Program-made: the position numbers and the translations under genes
The notes under the pieces: model-generated
Seen by the model: only the letters and a program-made list of their open reading frames with translations
Database searches by the model: none
Told to the model about the DNA's origin: nothing
Shown here: in pieces, positions 27,575-47,720 of the stretch
How positions within the stretch are numbered: position 1 is the stretch's first letter
Layout of the letters: each line of letters opens with the position of its first letter
Assembly: GCF_009914755.1 (NCBI RefSeq)
Contig: NC_060935.1
Reading direction: 5' to 3' (one strand)
Source of the DNA: the human T2T-CHM13v2.0 reference genome, Homo sapiens
Length of the DNA stretch: 64,000 nucleotides

Positions 27575-27882
27575 GGTAACTGTGCACTGGGGAAAGGGAA
27601 ATGATCAGACATTTCTGGGACTACTGGACACTGGCTGTGAGCTGACTTTGATTTCAGGGGACCCAAAACATCATTGTGGTCCTCCAGTTAAAGTAGGGGC
27701 TTATGGAGGTCAGGTAATTAATGGTGTTTTAGCTCAGGTCTGACTTACAGTGGATCTAGTGGGTCCCCAAACTCATCCTGTAGTCATTTCCCCAGTGTCA
27801 GAATTCATAATTGGCATAGACATACTTAGCAGCTGGCAGAACCCCCACACTGGTTCCCTGACTGGTAGGGTGAGGGCTGTTA
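27575..27882 (+). pseudogene. HERV-L aspartic protease remnant
   Basis: ggactactggacactggc encodes GLLDTG (~27618-27635); GAYGGQVING flap; in-frame stop. Confidence 0.85.
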
Positions 27883-29587
27883 GTGGGAAAGGCCAAATGG
27901 AAGCCATTAGAGCTACCTCTACCTAAAAAAACAGTAAATCAAAAACAATATCACATTCCTGGAGGGATTGTGGAGATTAGTGATACAATTAAGGACTTGA
28001 AAGATGCAGGAGTGGTGATTCCCACCACATCCCAATTCAACTCTCCCATTTGGCCTGTGCAGAAGACACATGAATCTTGGAGAATGACAGTGGATTATCA
28101 TGAGCTTAACCAAGTGATGACTCCAATTGCAGCTGCTGTACCAGATGTGGCTTCACTACTTGAGCACATTAACACATCACCTGGTACCTGGTATGCAGCC
28201 ACTGACTTGGCAAATGCCTTTTCCTCCATTCCTGTCCATAAGGCCAACCCAAAGCAATTTGCCTTCAGCTGGCAAGGCCAGCAATATACATTTACCATTC
28301 TATCTCAGGGGTATATCAACTCTCCGGCTTTGTGTCATAATCTTATTCGGAGAGACCTTGATTGCTTGTCACTTCCGCAAGATATCACACTGGTCCACTG
28401 CATTGATGACATTATGCTGATTGGATCCAGGGAGCAAGAAGTAGCAAATACACTGGACTTACTGGTGAGACATTTATGCGCCAGAGGATGGAAAATAAAT
28501 CTGACTAAAATTCAGGGGTCAGTAAAATTTTTAGGGGTCCAGTGGTGTGGGGTCTGTTGAGATATTCCTTCTAAGGTTAATGGGAAACGGATAAGTTGCT
28601 GCATTTGGCCCCTTCTACAACCAAGAAAGAGGCACAATGCCTAGTGAGCCTATTTGGATTTTGGAGGCAACACATTCCTCATTTGGGTGTGTTACTCTGG
28701 CCCATTTAGTAAGTGACCCAAAGGACTGCCAGTTTTGAGTGGGGTCCAGAACAGAAGAAGGCTCTGCAATAGGTCCAGGCTGCTGTGCAAGCTGCTCTGC
28801 CACTTGGGCCATCTGACCCAGCAGATCCAATGGTACTTGAGGTGTCAGTGGAGACAGGGATGCTGTTTGGAGCCTTTCACAGGCCCCCATAGGTGAATCA
28901 CAGCGGAGGCCTCTAGGATTTTGGAGCAAGGCCCTGCCATCTTATGCAGATAACTACTCTCCTTTTGAGAGACAGCTCTTGGCCTGTTACTGGGCTTTGC
29001 TAGAAACTGAACATTTGACCATGGGTCATCAAGTCACCATGCAACCTGAACTGCCTATTATGAACTGGGTGCTTTCTGACCCATCTAGCCATAAAGTGGA
29101 CCATGCACAGCAGCATTCCATCATCAAATGGAAGTTGTATATACGTGATCGGGCTTGAGCAGGTTCTGAAAGCACAAGCAAGTTACATGAGGAAGTTGCT
29201 CAAATGCCCATGGAATGCCACTCTGCCTTCTCTCCCCCAGCCTGCACTGATGGCCTCGTGGGGAGTTCCCTATGATCAATTGACAGAGGAAGAGAAGACT
29301 AGGGCCTGGTTCACAGATGGTTCTACACGATATGCAGGCACCACCCGAAAGTGGACAGCTGCAGCACTACAGCCCCTTTCCAGGACATCCCTGAAGGACA
29401 GTGGTGAAGGGAAATCTTCCCAGTGGGCAGAGGTTCGAGCAGTGCACCTGGTTGCGCACTTTGCATGGAAGGAGAAATGGCCAGATGTGTGATTATATAC
29501 TGATTCACGGGCTGTAGCCAGTGGTTTGCTAGATGTTCAGGGTCTTGGCAGAAGCACGATCGGAAAATTGGTGACAAAGAAATCTGG
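27883..29587 (+). pseudogene. HERV-L pol: reverse transcriptase and RNase H remnants
   Basis: [29 protein letters not shown] and HCIDD (YxDD box mutated); RNase H AWFTDGS and SSQWAE; stops and frameshifts. Confidence 0.93.
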
Positions 29588-30016
<429 letters not shown>

Positions 30017-30047
30017 TTAATAATCAAGTGGATAGGATGACTGTTCT

Positions 30048-30760
30048 GTGGACACCACTCAGCCTCTTTCCCCAGCTACCCCTTTCATTGCCCAATGGGC
30101 CCATGAACAAAGTGGCCATGGCGGCAGGGATGGAGGTTATGCATGGGCTCAGCAACATGGACTTCCACTCACCAAGGCTGACCTGGCTGTAGCCACTGCT
30201 GAAAGCCCAATTTGCCAGCAGCAGAGACCAACACTTAGCCCTCGATATGGCACCATTCCTCTGGCACCATTCCTCAGGGTGATCAGTCAGCTGGTGGCAG
30301 ATATTGGACCTCTACCATCATGGAAAGGACAGAGGTTTGTCCTCACTGGAATAGACACTTACTCTGGATATGGGTTTGCCTGTCCTTCACACAACACTTC
30401 TGCCAAGACTACCATCAGTGGACTCACAGGATGCCTTATCCACAATCATGGTATTCCATACAGCATTGCCTCTGACCAAGGCACTCACATGACGCCTAAA
30501 GAAGTGTGGCAGTGGGTTCATGATTACGGAATTCACTGGTCTTACCATGTTCTCCATCATCCTGAGGCAGCTGGATTGACAGAACAGTGGAATGGCCTTT
30601 TGAAGTTACAATTACAGTGCCAACTAGGGGACAATATTTTGCAGGGCTGGGGCAAATTTCCTTAGAAGGCTGTCTATGCTCTGAATCAGCATCCAATATA
30701 TGGTATTGTTTCTCCCATAGCCAGGATTCACAGGTCCAGGAATCAAGGGGTGGAAGTGGA
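30048..30760 (+). pseudogene. HERV-L integrase remnant
   Basis: WAHEQSGHGG zinc-finger start, DIGPLP, GIDTYSGY, IASDQGTH and HHPEAAGLTE; 14-bp tandem duplication at ~30248-30276. Confidence 0.92.
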
Positions 30761-30789
30761 AGTGGCACCACTCACCATCACCCCTACTG

Positions 30790-31142
30790 ATCCACTAGCA
30801 AAACTTTTGCTTCCTGTTCCTGTGACTTTACATTCTGCTGGCCTAGAGGTCTTAGTTCCAGAGACAGGAACACTGCCACCAGAAGACAGAACAATGATTC
30901 CATTAAACTGGAAGTTAAGATTGCCACCTGGACACTTTGGGCTCCTCCTATCTCTAATTCAACAGGCTGAGAAGGAAGTTACAGCGTTGGCTGGGGCAGC
31001 TGACCTGGACTATCAAGATGAAATCAGTCTACTACTCCACAAGGGAGGTGAGGAAGAGTATGCATGGAATACAGGAGATCCATTAGAGCGTCTCTTAGTA
31101 TTATCATGCCCTCTGATTAAGGTTAATGGGAAACTGCAATAG
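30790..31142 (+). pseudogene. HERV-L dUTPase remnant
   Basis: SAGLEVLVP, IPLNWKLRLPPGHFGLL, DLDYQDEISLLL, located after the integrase. Confidence 0.85.
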
Positions 31143-32023
31143 CCCAATCCAGGCAGGATTACAAATGGTCCAGATCCTTCAGGAATGAGGGTTTGGGTCA
31201 CTCCATAACCCTCATTTCCATAACCAGGAAAAGAGTTATGACCTGCTGAGGTGCTTGCTGAAAGCAAAGGGAATACAGAATGGGTAGTAGAAAGAGGTAG
31301 TCATCAATACCAGCTGTGGTCACATGACCAGCTGCAGAAACAAGGACTGTAATTACCATGAGTATTTCCTCCTTCTTTTGTTAAAAACATGTTTGTGCAT
31401 GTATACACTTGTACTAAGAAAATATATTTTATTTCCTTTTTCCTTTATCATGTGACATAAGATTTATTGACTTCATATCAGCATGTAAGTATTGTTAACT
31501 TTACATGATAGTATTTGCATTTCTGATTGGTGTGTTTCTGGTTGTACAAAGGATAGTTGCATTATATCATCTGTAATTATAACCCTATTATTGTCTTTAT
31601 TTGAATATTGTGCATTATCTCAGAAGATGTATATGGGTTCAAGCTGACAAGGGGGGGACTTGTGATTAATACTGGGTGTCAACTTGATCCTGGGTGTGTC
31701 TGTGAGGGTGTTGCCAAAGCAGACTAATATTTGAGTCAGTGGGCTGGGAAAGGCAAACCAACCCTTAATCTGAGTGGGTACCAGCTAATGAGCTGCCAGT
31801 ATGGCTACAATATAAAGCAGGCAGAAAAACGTGAAAAGACTAGACTGGCCTAGCCTCCCGGCCTACATCTTTATCCTGTGCTACATGCTTCCTGCCCTGG
31901 AACATCTGGACTCCATGCTTTTCAGCTGGGGGACTCAGACTGGCTCTCCTTGCTCCTCAGCTTACAGATGGCCTATTGTGGGACCTCTTGATGGTTGAGT
32001 TAATACTTAATAAACACACCATT

Positions 32024-32036
32024 ATATATATATATA

Positions 32037-32067
<31 letters not shown>

Positions 32068-32100
32068 CCTGTTTTTTACATATATATATATATCCTGTTT

Positions 32101-32151
<51 letters not shown>
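32024..32151. repeat. (TA)/(TG)/(CA) compound microsatellite within the MLT2A 3' LTR
   Basis: Interleaved runs with duplicated tatatcctgtttt. Confidence 0.9.
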
Positions 32152-33669
32152 CTCCTATTAGTTCTATCCCTCTAGAGAACCCTGGCTAATACACATATTA
32201 AGACAATCATTAGCAGCTAAATGCACAAAATACTAGTATGCAACAGGAAATATCAGCCCAAATCTGTATTTAAAAGATAGCCTACAAAGTTTCAGAGGTT
32301 CTAGGGTAATGTGAAGCCATCTAGCTGCATGTGCAATGGTGTATTCAGCCACTTCTCAGCTGTGTCACCACACTCAGTGATATGTAAGTGAGGCCAACAG
32401 AGCTCTGAGTCTTCCACAGAACTATCACTTGAGCCAACTCTGATGCCATAATCACCACCATGATCAAGCTTCAGGAGGCTATAATGAGAATCAATTATTC
32501 ATTTTTAATTAAAAGACAAGTAAGGTATCTTTGTTTTACATATTTTTTATCTCAATTCTTCCCTGCTCTCTATCTCCTCATCTCAGACTCTTCCTTAATT
32601 CTTCAAATCCTTCCACCATCCCCTTTAAAACATATGTTTTAACCGACAGATCTCTCCTACACCTTAAACTTCCTCTCCACACATTCTTTCTCATAATTCA
32701 ACTTTCTAAGAGTCATTTCTTCTATAGCTCTCTTAAGGGTAGCTACTTATTTCTCCCACACCACATCCCTACCACAGGCCTGTGTCTGGAGGTAGAGGAG
32801 TGTTCTACTTGCTCCTAATTGATGGTTTCAGATATTTCTCATTACTTCCTATAATCCTAACGTTTTTGAAACTCATGTCATCTGGCTATACCCCAAGCTA
32901 TTTTGAAATTTTGTGATCAATATAAAGCTTTCATTTAAGTTTTAACACCTGGGTCATCATACGTCTCTTTATTGCTAATCATTGTTGCTTATTATGTAGC
33001 CTTCAAGATTTACTAGTTCTAAGGTCCATACCACTTTAAATTCAAGATCTTTCACATCCTCATTTAAAATATTTTTCTTCATCCCATTTGCCCACCTCAT
33101 CTCATATTCCTTACCTAGATATTTTTATTACCAATATGTATATGGCATCCAAAACCTTAATTTAAAACAGACTCACTACCACTTCCTAACATTTCAACTC
33201 ATTTACTGTGTACACAGATCAACAAGGCCTTAATTTATCTGGATCATACAATCCATTGACTCTACCACTTTTGTGTCTACCACTGTCCACAGGCCTGCCA
33301 TATACTCTGTATGCAGCTTGTACTTCTAGGTCCATCATCACAATTTCTTCTTTAATAAAATCAAAACACCTAACTCACTCTCCCTCTGTGTTACCCACTT
33401 GGCAAAACTCCAATTATGATTACATCCAAAATTCCACCTAATTTTCAAAAATAAGCAAATATGCTGACTTGTCTCCCTTTAAATTTATGACTAAAAATTT
33501 GGTTTCCATGCTCAAAGAAACTTTCCAGTAACACATGTTTTTGTTGACAATTTACTTTTCCTGTATCTAAGACAATAAGTCTACAATTTCTCTTCTCAAA
33601 GAGAAATTCTAGGGTCAACTCCCTTAAATTACCTCTATTTGTTCAGCAATATTTTCTCACACATATTTT

Positions 33670-38880
<5,211 letters not shown>

Positions 38881-41800
38881 AAGAAAAGAAAACTATATAT
38901 TTCTAAAGATTATATTTTATATGCTCTTTATAGTCTGAGACTGAACATTTCCAATTCATCACAAATATTCTTCCGTTATATATTTTATTTTTGAACCTCC
39001 CTTTATCTGCTATTTGCCTCACTCTCGCTGTCCCTTCTTTGCATATAGGACAGGAGAGTGAAAGTGTTTGTTCACAACACCATCTTGATTCAATCTTAGT
39101 TTTTTCTGGATTAACTATTTTATAATTTGGCCAGAATTATCAGCATGTATATAACTCTAAAATATATATTTTTAGCTTTGATATTTTTCTTGTGCTTCAG
39201 ACTTTGCTTATTTCATATTATTATTTAGATTTTTTTCCAGGCACATCTAAACTCAGCATAATCACAGCTAATCTCATCATTTCCTTCCCAAACTTGCTCC
39301 CCTTCAAAACAAAAGCACAAGTGTCAATAATGGCAACATATTATAACCATTTGTCCAATCTAGAAATCTAGTGTGAGCAACATCATTGATGCTTCCTCTC
39401 CATGACCCTCAGCTCTCACATTCAGTCAATCCCAGGCCACTTTCATATGCTATCATGTGTCTTCTGAATTACGGCAAGATCTTTCTAATTGGATTCCTTA
39501 CTTCTTGTCTTGCTCACCACTGGTCCATTTTTCTGGAACAGTCAGAAAGGCTATTCTCAAATAACTTCATCAATTTAATATCCTACCTAATAGCTTCAAG
39601 GCATTCGTAATGCTCTAAGCCTAAATATCACCATGAAAAGCGTTATTCATTGCCTAACCAATGGCTATTTCTCCCTTTTTTTTTTTTTTTGCCAGCAGAG
39701 TCTGTCTTCCACTATATCCACAGACAATACCAGATATCTCCTTTCTTAGATACACTTGCAGCTCAGGAGTAAGCAATAACTCAATCCTGGCCAACTGAGC
39801 CTGAGGTATGATCTATTAGTGGGCTTCTCACGAACATTTACCTTCCTGACAGAATAAAAGAGATAAGCAAAAATTATTGTATAAGTTTCTTATTGCCCCT
39901 TCAGTTTCTGTCATTACTTCTCGTTAATCTATTCAGAATATTGCAGCCATATAAGAAATATTTTAAAAGAAAATCTAATCATGACATTCCTCTTCTTACA
40001 ACCTTAATTTGGCTTCCTAACTGACTCTAAATAGCAAAGTCCACACGGTGGCCTAAAAAACTTCTATATAATCTATACCCACACCATTACTGTACTCTTT
40101 TAAGTCTGTGATCTCATTCCCTACTATCTCTGCTCACCCTTTCTAGATCTGCTAATATAGCAGTGTTGGTGGCATAGATCAGTGTATTTTACTACCCTTT
40201 GAGGTTATCACAATTAGTTCAGATTGCTCAATAAAGCAATCCCTTACTGAGACAGCTCCTTTTACAAAACAATGTTTTACTTTTACATTGTACCCTCTTT
40301 CTGCGGATCTCAGCGGGTTTTCTCATTTATCAGATAATCTTTATTCATAGAGGAAGTGAGACTGAAAAAGTTGATTTCCTACAAAAGGATGATCTGAGGC
40401 TGAGAACAGTTAATTGATCCAACTAAAATCATGTGCTCAGTCAAAAGCTGTCCCCAAAACGTTATTCATTTGACTCTACACCTTTCATCTTAGATTACAA
40501 AGTAGTCAGTTTTTGAGCACATGCTGTAACAGTTTGATTCTTACATAAAGACTTCTCAAATAATGGTATAAGAAATATTGTTGTTATTTTAAAATCTTAT
40601 TCCTACAAATACTACTCAATTACTAAATACTAAAATTATTAAATATTATAAATACTACTAAATAAGTATACTATATTTTTTATAAATTATTTCTGAATGT
40701 GATAAGTGAGATTGTATCAAACCAATGCTAGCGACATACAAAAAAAAATTTGAAGAATCCTGAGAGCTTCTCATGCAGTCAAAATCTGAGGAGGTATGTA
40801 GGAGAGAAATACAGAGACATTAAAATAACACTAAACTCCTCTTGCTGTGGCATCTGCTAACTAAAAATGATTGCTGAGGGAACTGACAAGATGAGCAGAA
40901 TCTCTAGACTGAACTGTGCCAGACAGAAGAGAAAGAAATTGGACATCACAACTGCCATGGCTGAGAGGCCTTGAGAACAATTCAGTCCTAGGAGACTGAA
41001 GAACTTGAAGTGAATCCCTTCTAGAGGAAGATAACAAGATCCAAAGCCTCTAATGTCCTCGCAGTTTACAGTTATTAAACCAGAACATTAAAATAACTGT
41101 GACTAAAATAATATAATAGAGCATGAGAGGTCAATATACTGAAGGATGAGATGGAGAATTTAAGCAGAGAATGTAAATTTATAGAGAAAAATTAAATAAA
41201 AAGTATGCTACTATAATTACTAGTCAATATCAACTCATTCCTCTTACTATACTTACTGTCTAAAAGATAAATGTTGAAAAAATAATATGAGAAAGACAGG
41301 AAGAGAAAAAGAAAATGTAGGAAAAAAGGATACAGAGCATTTCTTATACCATTTCTAATTACTACCATAATTTCTATGGCTTTCAGTCACAAACAACTTA
41401 ATGCTAAATTTATTCTGTGGATTTTTGCACTTGGAATAGACTCACTTTTCTATGACTTGTTAGAAAGGCTAGAAGATTAATGAGCTAATGTTGAGAAAGC
41501 ATATCAAATGCAAAGTACACATTTTAGAGGCACTACAGATTTCATTAAAAATAAACAGAGAGTTGTAGTGAAAGCAAGTGGAATATGTGCCGAGATGAAG
41601 TAGTGACAGTATCCTCATGGTTCCCAGCATCCCCAACTTTGGGAGAATTTACAGTTCTGAAAGTTAAAAATTCATTGGCAATACAAATAATTTGCATTTA
41701 TACATTTTATACTCTGAAAATGCTAATGTTTGAAATATTTAATCACAGGGTTTTAAATTATAAACTAATGGAAGAACGAAGAGAACTATAAAAATCACTT

Positions 41801-42559
41801 AGATACTCTATTTAAATAACATTTGGAGAAAAAAAACACAGAGCCTTATAACTTCTAGGCCTTACTCAAATCACTATGTTTTATGTCACCTGGAAACTTA
41901 AGACTGTTTATATTTTTGTTGACCTTTCTAATGTATCTCCTCAATTTCCATATTTTAACAAATTGTCCAATATGAACCATTAATAAAAGAGAGGAAAGAT
42001 GCACTCAGAAAATGGCCTGCAGAAGATTCCTTTGACCTAACAAATGTATATTAATTATATTCATTATAGTAAATATTCTTGTTATTTAAAATAAATTTTC
42101 TAAAACAGTTACATAATCAAATGAAAATGGGTCATTTTATCATATACCCAAGTAGAACTTATCATAAAAATAGGCAAAATGACATTTAATTATTCAAACA
42201 GAAATTAGGAAGAAAATGAAAGAATAAGAGCACTTTACTCTTTTTATAGTTATCAGAATATTATATATACAGATATTGAAAACTTGAAAAATTATTTAAT
42301 TCCAATATGAATCTAGTCATAATGTTCTAGGAATGTTTCCAAGTCCTTTCATGTGTTAATTAATCAAAATAATTATTTTTAATATTTTTATAATCTGCAC
42401 ATTCTAAAGTAAAAAGAAGTTTAAAAAGACTGTTCCAGTTGTACTTTGTCTCTTCTAAATTTAAAATGTTGCTAGTTAATAATCATAATCAGTAAATCTT
42501 TTAAATCTCATAAAATTAACCACTTTCTACGATTTTCCTCAATTAGAGTTTTCCTTTAT

Positions 42560-43025
42560 TTAGTAAACAGTTTTGAGAGTCTTCTATATTCCAGCAATGT
42601 TTTAGACACTGGAAATACAATAGTAAATAAGACAGGGAAGTCTCCTGAAATTAATATTCTCTAAAGAAAAACAGACATATGAGAGGGTGTGCATTTGGTT
42701 CGCAGCTACATTAATTGTAATGGTCAGGGAAGCCTCGCAGAGGTGATGACCCATGAGCAGAAAGGAGGCTGGTAAGAAAGAGCCAAGCCTGCGAGTGTGT
42801 GGTGGTGCAGCATCCCAAGAGAGGACCAGCAGGTGCTATACAAAAGGGATCTTTAAATGTTTAGGTAATGGAAAGAAAATCACTATGGTTGGACCACAAA
42901 GCAATAGCTGTTTAGAGAATGGATCACAGAAGAACTAGAAAGCAGCAAGACCATTTAAGGAACTATTGACATAGTCCAGGAGCAGGGTCATGACGTATGA
43001 ACCAGATGGTAATAGTAGAGGTGCA
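42560..43025 (-). mobile_element. L2 3' fragment
   Basis: tagtaaacagttttgagagtcttctatattccagcaatgttttagacactgg...ggtcagggaagcctc...aagaccatttaaggaactattgacatagtccagg. Confidence 0.65.
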
Positions 43026-43988
43026 GCAAAGTAGTTGGCATTCAGAACAGATTTATTTGTTGACTTTTGTCTTTAATTAAATTCAGTCTCTGAATGTGTT
43101 TGCTTTTGATATTACATTTTTAGATTCTAATGTATCCCTTCAATTAGTTTTTATTCCTAATTAATATAATTTATTTGTTTTTCATTTAATAACTAACAAC
43201 AGTTACCAGGTTGAATAAAAACATATCTGGATGTTAATAATAAATCAGCAAGTCTGAGACTATTGATAATTAAACTTCTCAGACATGGTAATGGAACAGG
43301 AGGAAAGCAATAATTAAAAAACAATTTTCTTAAATATGAATTAAATATGGTAGATTTCCCAGCTCTTCAAATATTAGAAGCTAATATGCTGAATAAGTTC
43401 TTTTGACAAACTGACTGTAATTTGAAATATGGCCAATGAAATTATTTGTGAATTTTTAATTTTTTGTATTGAACAAAAGCTTCAAAATGCATCTTTAAAA
43501 AATATGAAACTTTTAACAGGTCTCACTTTCAATATTATGAGATACAGTTTACATTATATATAAAAGAAAAAGGCTCATACATATAAAATAGTTTTTTTAA
43601 TGCCGAAAAGCAAAAGCATGTATTTGGAGATCAAAAATCAACTTCAAGTCTTTCTCACCTCTAGCTCCCTTCTATGAGGCAGAATTTTCTTCAAGCCATA
43701 CTAAATAGTTTTCTACTTTAGTTCAAGTCCTATAAAGCCTAAAATAATATAAACATACAGAATAAGAGAATACCAAATTTCATTTACTGGCTTTGATTTA
43801 AGAAAAATATTGAATGCATACTCACTTTAATAGAAGAAAAGCATCTGGACAAATAATGTAGATCTAAGTTGTCACTTTTATGAAACAATGTTACCAGTCA
43901 TCTCATCTCCTGTATTCTCAATACATTCCAGGAATTTAAAGTTCATGTTAATAGTTTCAATAAAATTTCAAACCAATCTATGTGTAGC

Positions 43989-44028
<40 letters not shown>
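43989..44028. repeat. (TA)n microsatellite
   Basis: tatatatacatatatatatatatatata. Confidence 0.9.
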
Positions 44029-44345
<317 letters not shown>

Positions 44346-44949
44346 ATCTATGTTTTTAAACTTATTTCAAGCTACTGTATCTGGATTTTCTTGTCCAGAC
44401 TTCTCAAATTTTTTTTTATTTCAAGTGAATATTTGAGTCTCTGAAATGATATACTTATCGGTCATACGCCTCATTTTAGAATAACATTTTCTGTTCCTCT
44501 ATGATTTTGTAAATACTAATGTTCAAAGCTGAACTTAAATTCTAAATCCACTATGCCTTCCTCCTCCTTATATTATTTATTCTGTAAGATTCAAGTGAGA
44601 TTTCATTGACAACTATGTGTGTGTGTGTTTGTGCACACGTGTGTTTGGTTCATGTTTGTCCCCACCTCTACAATGCTTTATTTTTAAAAAATTGTAACAC
44701 ATTCAGTTGGGACGTATACTCTACATTTGATCAATGTTTCTAGTACCTCCCATTGACCTATACTTCTTTCTTTCTTTTTTTTTTTCCGACGAGTGTTGTG
44801 GGTACTGGTTTTGATGACTTCATTCTACACCCACGCCTTACAGTAAGTTCAGAAGGGAGATAAGTTTCTCACTCAGCTAAACACAAAATTTGAGACGTTT
44901 TGCATTTTCTTCCAGCCAGCATTCAGTGCAACAGGGATGAAAAAATCAA

Positions 44950-45028
44950 AAGAAATGAAATGATTTGCAAGAAATGAAATGAAATGATTTGCCGATATTA
45001 TGAAATGAAATGATTTGCCCAATATTAT
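44950..45028. repeat. Short tandem repeat of gaaatgaaatgatttgc (3 imperfect copies)
   Basis: Directly visible in the sequence. Confidence 0.85.
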
Positions 45029-46357
45029 GCAACAATATAGGATACGTGTGGAGACAGACCAGGTCCTATGTACCCCTTGATATTTGTTTATACTATTACT
45101 ACATCATTCCTTACACTAAGTATCTGGTAATGGGCCCTGTCTCTTCATTAGAACAAAAGCTTCTGATTCAACTTGTTATCTGACCAATGCCAGAATATAG
45201 TGAGCATTTAATAAACAAATGTTTAATTATTTTTCCACTGTATCAAGTGGAATAAGCTGCTTCAAAGTTCCCATCATGCTCTCAGTTATTCCTTTTAGTC
45301 ATTGTTTTTTCCATCTTTTAATCTTTTTTCAAATTGTACTGTATTTCTATTGGCTGTAAGGTTGAAAGGAAGAAACAAAATATTGTTAATTTGTTTGGGG
45401 CCTTTCATCATCTTGGCGCATCAGCTGGAAAAGACCAAAAGCAAAAGTGCTTGCCAAAATAGCTTATGTATTCCTGTCAATTTCTGCCTGCTGAAAACAT
45501 ACTTCTTTTACAGCAGCCAGCAATGAAGCTATTTGGAGCCAAAAAGCAATGCCTCTGTCTTCCTTGCCAACTTGTATCATGTTGTGCCTTTGGAACCAAG
45601 AGCTAAGATATTTTATTCATCTCTTGTCACCAAAAGAAGTTTAACTGTTTTATGATGTTTTGCAATGCAGGTGACTGGTGGAGCTGAAAACAGAGCTGTT
45701 AAACATGATTTGACCATGAAGACTGGAAACATTACATCAATTTCTCTGAAGAGGTACTGTTTTTGAAAAGAATGACTTACTTAGCACCCCCTGAAAGATA
45801 CTTATAGATCTACTAATCAAGAAGAAAACAAGTAGGCAATATTAGTAAGTAAATCTCAAACTAGACCATAGTTCTAATGTCCTAATTATCTAAGCCTGTG
45901 ACGATATCAATTATGTTACAATAAGCATGGATACATGACAAGTGTGTAGTAAGCAGGATTTTGAGCCTCAGAATGAAAGAGCTAAATTTAACATTGAAAA
46001 GGTACTTGATGCAAATGGCTTTAACAGTTATAAACCATCTTCTAGGACCAATTCCAATAACTGTATTTAACTAAAAAATGTATGGCAGGGCTGCAATTTT
46101 GCCAACTCAGTGTTTGTTGCCTGTGTGTACAATGTAATCCCCTTGGAGGTTGGCAACATGGTGGTCCTAACGCACAGAAGACAGGATCCAAAGAACTTAT
46201 CTTGAATATTTTGGCTTTAAAATATACAAACTCTCTCTCTCACTACAGAACCAAATATCCTGTTTACATTTTGACCTAGAAGATATTAATAGTACCCGAT
46301 ATACCATCTGTTTATAACCTTCCAAATATTTTCCTTAAAAGTTTATTATTTAAATGA

Positions 46358-46669
<312 letters not shown>

Positions 46670-47414
46670 TTAAATGATTTTCAAATATTATTCAATAAAT
46701 TATTATTTTAGTAAAGGATCAATCAATAATAAATGCAAAAAAAAATTGAGTCAGGATTTAAATGGCAGTTATAAATTATGTCTTTAAATATTTCAAATAA
46801 TAATTCACCCAAATATTTTACAATTAATGTTTACTATACTATCATCCACACCATTAATTTTGCCCTTTTTGTCAGTAGATTAAGCATTTTGAGATAAATA
46901 ATTCTAAGGATAGACTCAAGAATATTGTATAGAAATGAATCCCTGACTTTAAACAAGTAAAATTGAAACAAATAAAACCAATAAGCTTACATATAAAATC
47001 AAGAACATAATTCTTATGAATATTAAAACTGCTGAGACTACATGTTATGCTTCCTCTTAAAGCTCCTAAGAACTAGTGCATTAAGTTCAGGTATTAACTT
47101 AGTTTTGTTTTTTGAGTCTATAGAAAAATATAGGTTACCTTTTTCAGATTTATGTGAAAGCTTACTCCAATTTATGTAGAAATTGTCATAGTTAGAAAAA
47201 AAGACTGTACATTTCACTTAACATATATATTAAAAATGAAATTTTACATTTTTTCCTATATGAGTTTAAATTTTTCTAGTCTCTTACAATTTGATGAAAT
47301 ATTAATATCCAATTAAAGGCCAACATAAATATGATTTTATTAATACATAGTATCTTACTGCATTATTCAATGCTTGTAATAAACCTGTTTATATATGGAG
47401 AAAAATGATTAAGA

Positions 47415-47720
47415 TTAGTGGTACTCAAAGTGTGGTCTCAGATACCAGCAACAGTATCACCTAGGGCCTCTAAGAAATATAAATTATTGGGACCCACTTA
47501 AGACCTATTGAGTAGGAAACTCTGTGGTGGCCCTAGCAATGTCTTTTTAAGAAGAAGAAAGGCTCTGATTTGTAGTATTTACCTATTTCTGGGGTGCAAA
47601 TACCCCCACTATGCCAATTTCAAGTTGCAAATGTAACACCACTGAATGCACAGTGGAGAAGTGATATGTAACACTGCCTTTGGGTGATTTTGATATACTC
47701 TACGTTTGTAGATCACTAAC
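47415..47720. mobile_element. MER5A hAT element with a nested MER63-like fragment (~47555-47677)
   Basis: MER5A ends tagtggtactcaaagtgtggtc and gggtgattttgat...tttgtagatcacta; insert ctgatttgtagtatttacctatttctggggtgcaaatacccccactatgccaatttcaag. Confidence 0.65.

Noticed and set aside
40150-40531. LTR-like segment ending tgtaaca with GATA and ETS motifs
   Set aside because: I could not assign a family or boundaries; short motifs alone are not evidence.
44950-45028. Repeat-spacer-like pattern resembling a CRISPR array
   Set aside because: Primate DNA; an imperfect tandem repeat with no unique spacers or cas genes.
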